Shown here piece after piece: positions 57,114-64,000 of a DNA stretch of 64,000 bases (the stretch's first letter is position 1; each line of letters starts with the position of its first letter). Origin of the DNA: an uncultured Pseudomonadales bacterium (lineage in GTDB: Bacteria; Patescibacteriota; Microgenomatia; UBA1400; PJMF01). The stretch is from assembly GCA_964570365.1 (NCBI GenBank), contig CAZMXT010000001.1, positions 9,440 to 73,439 of the forward strand, given 5' to 3'. The notes under the pieces are model-generated. The model was not told the DNA's origin. It did not search any database and saw only the letters and a list, made by a program, of their open reading frames with translations. The translations under genes were made by a program, and so were the position numbers.

Positions 57114-58211
57114 ATGTCAGCAGTACTTAATGAGTTATTAGCATGCTCACCATATGAACTTTCCCAAGCTGAGAAAGAGCGAGTTTTTATGCCAGCTCTG
57201 AGAGAAGCAGCTCTGTGGCACTATCAGGCATCTCCAGAGTTTAAAAAAATCTGCCAAGGAAAAAATTTTGATCCTGCACAAGAGTTTGAGATCATTGATT
57301 TACCATATATCCCAGTACCCATTTTTAAAAAATTTGACCTGCGCAGCGTGCCTGATTTAGAAATCATTAAAACTTTATACTCCAGCGGCACCTCAGGAAA
57401 TCCCAGTAAGGTTTTTATTGATCAAGCAACAGCAGATGCTCAGGGAAAAGCCTTAACTAAAATCTTGACCAGTTTTTTGGGAAAAGAGCGACGACACTTT
57501 CTGATTTTTGACTCACCAAACTCAGTTTCCAGTCGCTCTGGCGAGCTCTCTTCTCGAGGTACTGCTATTCGCGGTATTCTTACTATGGCTAAACGCTTTA
57601 CTTTTTTACTAGATGATGAGCTAAAGCTAGATCAAGAAAAGTTAGAAAAAACCCTGAATGAGCTCAATCCCGAAGAGCCTGTCTGCTTTTTTGGTTTTAC
57701 CTGGTTAATCTACAACGTTTATCTGCAGTATGGTAAACAGCTTGCCGAGGCGCTCAGCAAAGTAAAGAATTCTGATACTGTCATCCTTCATATTGGTGGC
57801 TGGAAGAAACTTCAAGACCGGGCAGTTTCTAAAGCGCAGTTCAATCAGGATCTGAGCACTACATTTGCTCTTCCTAAGTCCTCAGTGATTGACTTCTACG
57901 GGATGACTGAGCAGCTCGGCACAGTCTACCCAGATTGTTCGGCAGGACACAAACATGCACCCGCTTACGCAGAGATCATTATCAGAAATCCAGAAACTCT
58001 TCTTACTCAACCAAATAACCAACTAGGATTTATTCAGCTGGTCAGTCCGATACCCCATAGTTATCCCGGGATTAGCATCTTATCTGAAGACATGGGCATT
58101 CTACTGGGTACAGATGACTGTCCTTGCGGACGAAAAGGGAAGTACTTTGAGTTTAAGAAACGCTCCGAGGGAGCAGAAGTCAAAGGCTGTGGTGATGCCT
58201 TAGATCTATAA
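57114..58211 (+). CDS. LuxE-like acyl-protein synthetase
   Basis: 'IPVPIFKKFDLRS...LYSSGTSGNPSKV' parallels LuxE 'IPVFPTSVFKFTRL...FTSSGTNGLKSQV'. 365 aa. Confidence 0.7.
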   Translation: MSAVLNELLACSPYELSQAEKERVFMPALREAALWHYQASPEFKKICQGKNFDPAQEFEIIDLPYIPVPIFKKFDLRSVPDLEIIKTLYSSGTSGNPSKVFIDQATADAQGKALTKILTSFLGKERRHFLIFDSPNSVSSRSGELSSRGTAIRGILTMAKRFTFLLDDELKLDQEKLEKTLNELNPEEPVCFFGFTWLIYNVYLQYGKQLAEALSKVKNSDTVILHIGGWKKLQDRAVSKAQFNQDLSTTFALPKSSVIDFYGMTEQLGTVYPDCSAGHKHAPAYAEIIIRNPETLLTQPNNQLGFIQLVSPIPHSYPGISILSEDMGILLGTDDCPCGRKGKYFEFKKRSEGAEVKGCGDALDL

Positions 58212-58215
58212 GTAT

Positions 58216-59502
58216 ATGACTCCACCAAGCCTCATCTTCCAAGGTAGTATCAAAAATGAAGCAAATGTAGACCTACAATCTGTTATCGTCCAACTTCGTC
58301 AACAGCTTGACCAACTGCATAGCTACCCTATTGAAGAAATTCTGCTGTTCTTTGACCAATTGGTGGAGCAGTGGCAGTCCTCAGGTCTAGCCAAAAAGAA
58401 TCCCTACCTCAAGAATATCTCAGAGTTTTTAGTTAAACAACATTTAGTTACTACTTTGCAGACTGCATTGCGTGGCAAGGTTTCAGTCTTAGATCAATTT
58501 GAGGATCTTGGCGACTATAAAATGATTTTTCATGCCCAACCTCGAGGATTGACTGTTCATTGGTTGGCAGGCAATGTGACAGTATTGGGTTTATTTTCGA
58601 TCTTCTCTGCACTAATAACCAAAAATGTCTGTTTAGTCAAAGCCTCATCACGAGGTCATGAGAACTTGGTGGCTATATTAGACACACTTAGGGAAGTAAA
58701 AACTGGACAGATTAATGGCCAAGACTTTGCCAATGCCATTGCCGTCGTCCTCGTTGATCGCCAGGATCAAGCCAGTCATCAAGTTCTCTCTGAGAATGCA
58801 GATATCAGAATTGCCTGGGGTGGCAAAGAAGCCGTCGAAACTATTATGCAGCTAAGTAAGAGCCCATTTTGCGAAGATTTAATTTTTGGTCCGAAATACT
58901 CATACGCCTTAATCGATAACACTTCTCTAGTCACTAAGCAAAAGCTGCTAGCCCAGCGTTTAGCTGTGGATGTCTCTGTGTTTGATCAGTATGCCTGTTC
59001 CTCGCCCCATACTGTCTTTATTGAAGAAAAAAATGAGGGTGAATCTCTGGCCTTTGCACAGGAATTAGCTAAACAGTTGGAACTAGTGGAGAGAGCGTTT
59101 TTACCTAAAGAAGCAATAGATTCTGGCAAAGCTGCTCAGATTATTAGTTTGCGCAGTGAGTATCAAATCACTGGAACGGTTATATGCTCACAAGATACCA
59201 AGTGGACTGTCATTCACACTACAGAGAAGGGCTTAGCTGATAGCTGTTTTTCTCGAGTCATCTTTGTCAAACCAGTAAAGAATATCGATGAGCTACATGC
59301 GTATAATAATCGACAGAAGCAGACTTTGAGCTGTGCTTTATCTTATGAGAATAAGTTGAAGTACCTGGATAAGCTCACCTTAAGTGGCATTGACCGATGT
59401 CCTGACCTGGGGTACGCCACCTACTTTGAGTCACCTTGGGATGGCATGTTTATTTTTGATCGTTTGGTTCGGTGGGTAAGCACTTATAAGGAGGCTGTAT
59501 GA
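58216..59502 (+). CDS. LuxC-like acyl-CoA/acyl-ACP reductase (aldehyde-forming)
   Basis: Its length (428 aa) and overall region conservation with the LuxC family are consistent with the call. It is immediately downstream of, and translationally coupled to, the LuxE-like gene. Confidence 0.6.
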   Translation: MTPPSLIFQGSIKNEANVDLQSVIVQLRQQLDQLHSYPIEEILLFFDQLVEQWQSSGLAKKNPYLKNISEFLVKQHLVTTLQTALRGKVSVLDQFEDLGDYKMIFHAQPRGLTVHWLAGNVTVLGLFSIFSALITKNVCLVKASSRGHENLVAILDTLREVKTGQINGQDFANAIAVVLVDRQDQASHQVLSENADIRIAWGGKEAVETIMQLSKSPFCEDLIFGPKYSYALIDNTSLVTKQKLLAQRLAVDVSVFDQYACSSPHTVFIEEKNEGESLAFAQELAKQLELVERAFLPKEAIDSGKAAQIISLRSEYQITGTVICSQDTKWTVIHTTEKGLADSCFSRVIFVKPVKNIDELHAYNNRQKQTLSCALSYENKLKYLDKLTLSGIDRCPDLGYATYFESPWDGMFIFDRLVRWVSTYKEAV

Positions 59503-59906
59503 CACTCTCTGTTCATCACCTTGCCAAGGTTGTAGAGAGTATTGAGCAAGCATATGCCCAGTATCAACAGCTCGGATATCAAACAGCAGCAGGATTTTTA
59601 GAACCTCAGGATGATCTGGAACAGAAAGTCAAAGTCGGTGTAATGGTGAGTGGCAACTTGACACTAGAGTTGCTAGAACCTTTATCTGAAACTAGTCCTG
59701 TTTACAATTTTTTAAGCAGCGGGGGCGGTTTTCACCACTTGTGCTATCAGACTGAAGATTTGCAAGCGAGCATAACTGAAATTGAACATAAAAAACTGGC
59801 GAAACGAGTTACGGCTGTTACCACTTCAGTTTGGGATGGGCGCCCTGTCGTTTTTTTTCTTACTGCTAACCAAGAGTTATTTGAAATTATTGGACCAAAA
59901 TTATGA
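59499..59906 (+). CDS. VOC/glyoxalase-family protein, methylmalonyl-CoA epimerase-like
   Basis: 'VHHLAKVVESIEQAY...GGGFHHLCYQTED' paired His/Glu metal-site pattern. 135 aa. Confidence 0.6.
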   Translation: MTLSVHHLAKVVESIEQAYAQYQQLGYQTAAGFLEPQDDLEQKVKVGVMVSGNLTLELLEPLSETSPVYNFLSSGGGFHHLCYQTEDLQASITEIEHKKLAKRVTAVTTSVWDGRPVVFFLTANQELFEIIGPKL

Positions 59907-60634
59907 ACAAAAACCCATATATACATCCATCAGTCCAGATGGGTGATAATTTTCAACATGAATTTAATCTTGTCATCTATGAAGGTGTCCAAATTGGTAA
60001 CAATGTTTCTTTAGGAAATAACGTCATTATTTATCCTCATACAGTGATTCGTGATAACGTGGTGATCCTAGATAACTGCGTGATTGGAAAACCATTACGA
60101 CTGAGCGCTAGGAGTAATCGTAAACCGCCTTTATTACCTGGTTTGCAGATAGGCAGCGATGTAACGATAAGTACCGGCAGCATTCTTTATACTGGCTCTG
60201 TGATTAGCGAAGACGTCTACATTGCCGATAACGTCAATATTCGAGAGGAATGCTCGATTGGTGCAAGTTCAACAATCGGTAAAATGGTTTCCATTGAGTT
60301 CAAAGTCACAGTTGGACATCATACTCGGATTATGGACTGTTCACAGATCACTGAGTACACTGAGATTGGCAATCAAGTTTTTATTGGTCCAGATGTTTCG
60401 TTCTGTGTTGATGCCTCCTTTGGACGAATTTCTAACGCCAGTAATAAAGTTGTTATTAAAGATAAAGCCATGATTGGCGGCAACGCAACCATCGGTCCAG
60501 GTGTGACTGTAGAAGAAAATGCTCTGGTTGCAATGGGCGCAGTGGTAATAAAAAATGTTCCGACTCAAAAAGTCGTCTTAGGCAATCCAGCTCGTGTGCT
60601 TTGGAATGTAGATCAAAAGTTAATTTTGGAATAA
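59903..60634 (+). CDS. Hexapeptide-repeat (LbH) acyltransferase, LpxA/PglD-like
   Basis: Continuous hexapeptide repeats 'VQIGNNVSLGNNVIIYPHTVIRDNVVILDNCVIG' and a C-terminal 'VVLGNPARV'. Confidence 0.8.
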   Translation: MNKNPYIHPSVQMGDNFQHEFNLVIYEGVQIGNNVSLGNNVIIYPHTVIRDNVVILDNCVIGKPLRLSARSNRKPPLLPGLQIGSDVTISTGSILYTGSVISEDVYIADNVNIREECSIGASSTIGKMVSIEFKVTVGHHTRIMDCSQITEYTEIGNQVFIGPDVSFCVDASFGRISNASNKVVIKDKAMIGGNATIGPGVTVEENALVAMGAVVIKNVPTQKVVLGNPARVLWNVDQKLILE

Positions 60635-60635
60635 G

Positions 60636-61790
60636 ATGCAGTTCCCCAAAAACTATCAGGTTTTACTCGTTTCTCATTATACTGAAACTGCCGGTTTAGT
60701 GCATAAATTCCAGCAGTATTTTGAGAAGAAAAAAATTCATCCGACGATGTTACTTCATCCACTTTTTCCTGGTAGTGCATTACCCAGTCTGGTGAGAGTT
60801 AAAGAGCAAGAAATTACGTATAAAGTTCATTCTGTACTCCAGTACCCTCTTGAGATGTTCTTTAGCTTAGGATTGTTGCAAAAAATCAAGTTTGGCCGCT
60901 CATCAACTGATTTAGCAGTTTGCTTTGATCCACTTTCATTTGTCCACACCTATTTTTTAAGAATTTTTTTCAAGATAGATAAAATTATTTACTATAATCT
61001 TGACTACTCTAAAAGCCGCTTTGCCAATCCTCTCGCCAACTTTATCTACCAACGAGTGAATGTTTTTGCTTTTCAGAGAAGTGATTACTTCTTCTCAGCC
61101 ACTGAGCAATTTATGATAGACCTTGATCCAGAGCAAAAACTTCAGCATCGGAGTTTCTTTCTTAAACACGTCGTAGATACTTCAGCAGTTAAGCTGCGTC
61201 AAAAAAAGGAATCTCAAACTTTTGTCTATGCAGGAAGCTTTGGTGAAACCACTAACTTCACTTCCCTGCTAAAGGCCCTCCAGAAACTCTCGCAGGAAAA
61301 GTATACATTTTCATTTGATCTTTATGGTGGCGGCAAGCACCTTGAAGAAGTTGTCCAAGCAGTCAAAAGATTGAAGCTCAAAAACAATGTCCATTTCAAA
61401 GGGCCAGTCAGCAACCTTGAATTGGTGAATACTATTTTGCCGAAGTACAGTTTTGGTGTCTGTCCCTACAAGATCAAGGGTGAACCAGGTGCTCCAGATC
61501 ACATGTTCTACGGTAATGAGCTCACCTCTAAGCTAATCGAGTACCTAGCTGCTGGACTGCCTATCCTTAGTACCCCCTTGCTAGATGCTTTCGAAGTCAT
61601 TGAGAAAGAAAAAATTGGTTTCTTAGTTCAGAGCAGTCAAGACTGGTACTTGGTGATTAAAAAATTGCTTCACCAACCTAAAATACTCATCTCTTATCAA
61701 CAAAAAGCCCTCAAATATTCGTCAAACTACGATATGGAGAAGGTACTTGATCCCCTTTTCAGTCACATTGTCTCTGAAAGACGAGTATGA
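60636..61790 (+). CDS. Putative divergent GT-B glycosyltransferase (GT4-like C-terminal half)
   Basis: C-terminal 'YAGSFGETTNFTSLL...KLIEYLAAGLPILSTP' resembles the GT-B donor-binding domain. The N-terminal half is not recognisable. Confidence 0.4.
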   Translation: MQFPKNYQVLLVSHYTETAGLVHKFQQYFEKKKIHPTMLLHPLFPGSALPSLVRVKEQEITYKVHSVLQYPLEMFFSLGLLQKIKFGRSSTDLAVCFDPLSFVHTYFLRIFFKIDKIIYYNLDYSKSRFANPLANFIYQRVNVFAFQRSDYFFSATEQFMIDLDPEQKLQHRSFFLKHVVDTSAVKLRQKKESQTFVYAGSFGETTNFTSLLKALQKLSQEKYTFSFDLYGGGKHLEEVVQAVKRLKLKNNVHFKGPVSNLELVNTILPKYSFGVCPYKIKGEPGAPDHMFYGNELTSKLIEYLAAGLPILSTPLLDAFEVIEKEKIGFLVQSSQDWYLVIKKLLHQPKILISYQQKALKYSSNYDMEKVLDPLFSHIVSERRV

Positions 61791-62803
61791 CAGAGCCGCT
61801 AATCTCAGTCATCATAGTCAACCACAACGGGAAAGAATGGTTAAAAGCGTGCTTGGGTTCAGTCTTTAGCCAAGACTACCCGTCTTTTGAAGTGATTTTA
61901 ATAGATAATGCTTCTGATGACGAGAGTGTTTCATTTACTCAGGCGCATTTCCCCAAGGTAAAAATTATTTCTGAGAAAACGAACCACGGCTTTGCGCAAG
62001 GAAATAACATTGGCTTTGCTCACGCTAAAGGTGAGTATATTTTTCTGTTAAATAACGACACTGTTGTCGAGAAGAATTGCCTTACAAAACTCAAGCAGGC
62101 CTTTGTCGAGATTCCTAAGTTAGGAATAGTCCAACCTAAAATTATTTTATTGGATGAACCTGAGCTTTTAGACCAAGTTGGCTCCTACTGGACCAATACT
62201 ACATACCTCTACCACTTTGGGTTTAGAAAACCTCACCACCTAGCTATTTATAATCACTCTAGACAAGTTTTCTCAAGTATGGGTGCTGCCATTATGATCA
62301 GCAGAGAAGTGATTGAAAAGGTTGGTCTTTTTGATGCCCGGTTTTGGTGTTACTACGAAGAAACTGACTTCTGCCACCGAGCCTGGATGCTTGGCTACGA
62401 GAGCTGGTACTATCCACATACCGTTGTTCTCCATTCTAAAGGCGCAACTTCTACTAGTTTTCGCCGATCATTTGTAATTTTTCATAGCTATAAGAATAAA
62501 TTGCGAAGTTTCATAAAAAACTTTGAGGTTAAGAACTTGATACTTATTTTACCCACCTTTTTCCTGCTCAGTCTGAGCCTTGAGTCATACCTCCTATTAA
62601 CCACAGGATCCTGGCAGACTTTTAGAGGTTTTTGGAGCTCTCTTTTTTGGAATGTGGCGAACATTAGAGAAACCCTAGCTGAAAGAAAAATTATTCAGAC
62701 TACCCGGAGAGTTTCAGACAAAGAGATTTTAAGTAAAGTTACCAAGAATCCAAGATTTTCTTATTACAACTTAGCTATTGGGCCTGCGAAGTATCAAGAT
62801 TAG
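61787..62803 (+). CDS. GT2-family glycosyltransferase with C-terminal TM segments
   Basis: 'LISVIIVNHNGKEWL...FEVILIDNASDDES' and 'LLNNDTVV' DxD region. Confidence 0.85.
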   Translation: MTEPLISVIIVNHNGKEWLKACLGSVFSQDYPSFEVILIDNASDDESVSFTQAHFPKVKIISEKTNHGFAQGNNIGFAHAKGEYIFLLNNDTVVEKNCLTKLKQAFVEIPKLGIVQPKIILLDEPELLDQVGSYWTNTTYLYHFGFRKPHHLAIYNHSRQVFSSMGAAIMISREVIEKVGLFDARFWCYYEETDFCHRAWMLGYESWYYPHTVVLHSKGATSTSFRRSFVIFHSYKNKLRSFIKNFEVKNLILILPTFFLLSLSLESYLLLTTGSWQTFRGFWSSLFWNVANIRETLAERKIIQTTRRVSDKEILSKVTKNPRFSYYNLAIGPAKYQD

Positions 62804-63600
62804 TTTTTTGATTTCTTCTTTTTTCTCATGACTACGTGGTAACGCTCAGCAAATCTATCATCATTGTCTAGGCTATCAATTACAAAATCAATTGTATTAG
62901 TAGTGAAGAAAATGAATGGAGCAGCTACTGAAAGAATAACTTTTGCAACTAAGTTTCCTTCCATAATTTTGCGAATCAGATACTGATTAGTCATACTCGC
63001 CATGGTGGTTCCAAAACAACAATAAGAAAAGACACGCTCAACTTCCATACCAGTTTGGCGAGCTAGCTTAGCATAGCCTCCCCTGGTGAAGCGTTGAAAA
63101 TCATACTCTGTTCCTCCGTGTTCACGGTACAGAAAGGGCATAGTAGTCACACACAAGCCACCATTTTTTAAAACTCTACTGGCCTCTTTGAAAAATTTAA
63201 GTGGATCATGAATATGCTCCAATACCTCTGCACTGTAGTAGACGTCAAAGGTATTATCTTTAAAAGGCAAATTCATGGCATCGCAAACTTTATCAATTTT
63301 ACTAGAGTCTTTAGCTCTACCATACAAAATTTCAGTAATTCTTCCCAAGGAGTTAATATACTTCGTTTGCTTAGCAAAAAGCTCATCCCAATTAGAATAG
63401 TCAGTAGCCACGTACTTTTTTATTCGAGGGTTGGTACGCATGGCCAACTCTTTTTTTGTGCAGTTCCCTGCTCCAGTTTCGAGAACTTTCCCTTTGAATA
63501 AGGGAATTAATTCTGCACTTGCTCGCTGTTCATTACGAATATCCAACCAGTGGGGGTAAAAAGGAGTATGCGTTAGAAGTTCAATAACAGAAAAGAACAT
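62800..63600 (-). CDS. Class I SAM-dependent methyltransferase
   Basis: 'VLETGAGNC' SAM motif I and 'FDVYYSAEVLEHIHDP' motif II/post-II. Confidence 0.8.
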   Translation of the reverse strand: MFFSVIELLTHTPFYPHWLDIRNEQRASAELIPLFKGKVLETGAGNCTKKELAMRTNPRIKKYVATDYSNWDELFAKQTKYINSLGRITEILYGRAKDSSKIDKVCDAMNLPFKDNTFDVYYSAEVLEHIHDPLKFFKEASRVLKNGGLCVTTMPFLYREHGGTEYDFQRFTRGGYAKLARQTGMEVERVFSYCCFGTTMASMTNQYLIRKIMEGNLVAKVILSVAAPFIFFTTNTIDFVIDSLDNDDRFAERYHVVMRKKKKSKN

Positions 63601-63636
63601 AGTACCTATTTTGATATTCTGAGGGCTCTCTTTTTC

Positions 63637-64000
63637 TTAGATTTCTGACTGTAAAATTTTTTGCTCTTTTCTGGTTACTATATAGCTGCCAATAGCTAGA
63701 GCATCAACGCAACCCCACAGCAAGTGCTCCACTGCATCAGCAGGCTCGTACACAATAGGTAATCCATGCTTATTAAAGCTGGTATTGAGAACCATCGGAA
63801 CGCCAGTTTGTTTTTCAAACTCAGCAATTAAGTCATAATAAAGTGGATTGACTTTCTTGTCCACGAACTGAGGTCGGCAGGTATTGTCTACATGTATCAC
63901 CGCCGGAATTTTCTTTGCTTTTTTAGGAAAAACAAAGTCAGCCAAGATCATAAAAGGGGAGTCCTTAAGATTCATGAAATACTCTGAAGCTCGATCCTTC
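63637..64000 (-). CDS. Carbamoyltransferase (NodU/CmcH family). Only the C-terminal domain is in the window; the N-terminal domain lies beyond the window end
   Basis: 'AVIHVDNTCRPQFVDKKVNPLYYDLIAEFEKQTGVPMVLNTSFNKHGLPIV' matches the Carbam_trans_C signature (HVDGTARPQ...NTSFN). The minus-strand frame stays open to 64000. Confidence 0.7.
   Translation of the reverse strand, partial: KDRASEYFMNLKDSPFMILADFVFPKKAKKIPAVIHVDNTCRPQFVDKKVNPLYYDLIAEFEKQTGVPMVLNTSFNKHGLPIVYEPADAVEHLLWGCVDALAIGSYIVTRKEQKILQSEI

Noticed and set aside
2044-64000. Search of all intergenic gaps for tRNA/rRNA genes, CRISPR repeats, IS elements, integrases and toxin-antitoxin pairs
   Set aside because: No cloverleaf-compatible segments with GTTC/T-loop signatures, no spaced direct repeats, and no transposase/integrase-like ORFs were found. 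Gaps are short and AT-rich, consistent with promoters only.

Overview
This is a low-GC, gene-dense bacterial chromosomal segment with many 4-bp start/stop overlaps and no detectable rRNA, tRNA, CRISPR or mobile elements. The left ~23 kb holds the window-truncated 5' part of ileS (minus strand; the gene's N-terminus, with the C-terminus off the window), preceded by a structured leader. A GH57-family glycoside hydrolase follows. After it comes a complete co-directional division/cell-wall (dcw) cluster on the minus strand, in transcription order: mraZ, rsmH, ftsL-like, ftsI, murE, yvcK-like, murC::murB (fused), murA, mraY, [PP-loop domain]::murD (fused), ftsW, murG, ftsQ, ftsA, ftsZ. The right ~41 kb is a large cell-surface glycan biosynthesis locus. 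It encodes an initiating phosphoglycosyltransferase, ManC, a DUF4012 protein, at least 13 GT2/GT4 glycosyltransferases, two GT-C (ArnT/PMT-like) membrane enzymes, a Wzy/O-antigen-ligase-like protein and a Wzx-like flippase. It is interrupted by ruvCAB. The plus-strand part contains an amino-sugar pathway (SDR dehydratases, DegT aminotransferase, FdtA-like cupin). This is immediately followed by an ACP-based acyl-building module: AcpS-like PPTase, ACP, AMP-ligase, Fe-ADH, LuxE-like, LuxC-like, VOC epimerase-like and a hexapeptide acyltransferase. The module's order matches the V. cholerae O1 rfbKLMNO tetronate module. Methyltransferase and carbamoyltransferase genes sit at the window edge. The two features I rate most notable are the PP-loop::MurD fusion and the acyl-amino-sugar module. 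The taxon cannot be determined from sequence alone. The fused Mur enzymes, DUF4012 protein, compact overlapping genes and GT-rich locus are reminiscent of reduced-genome Gram-positive-like lineages; this is inference.
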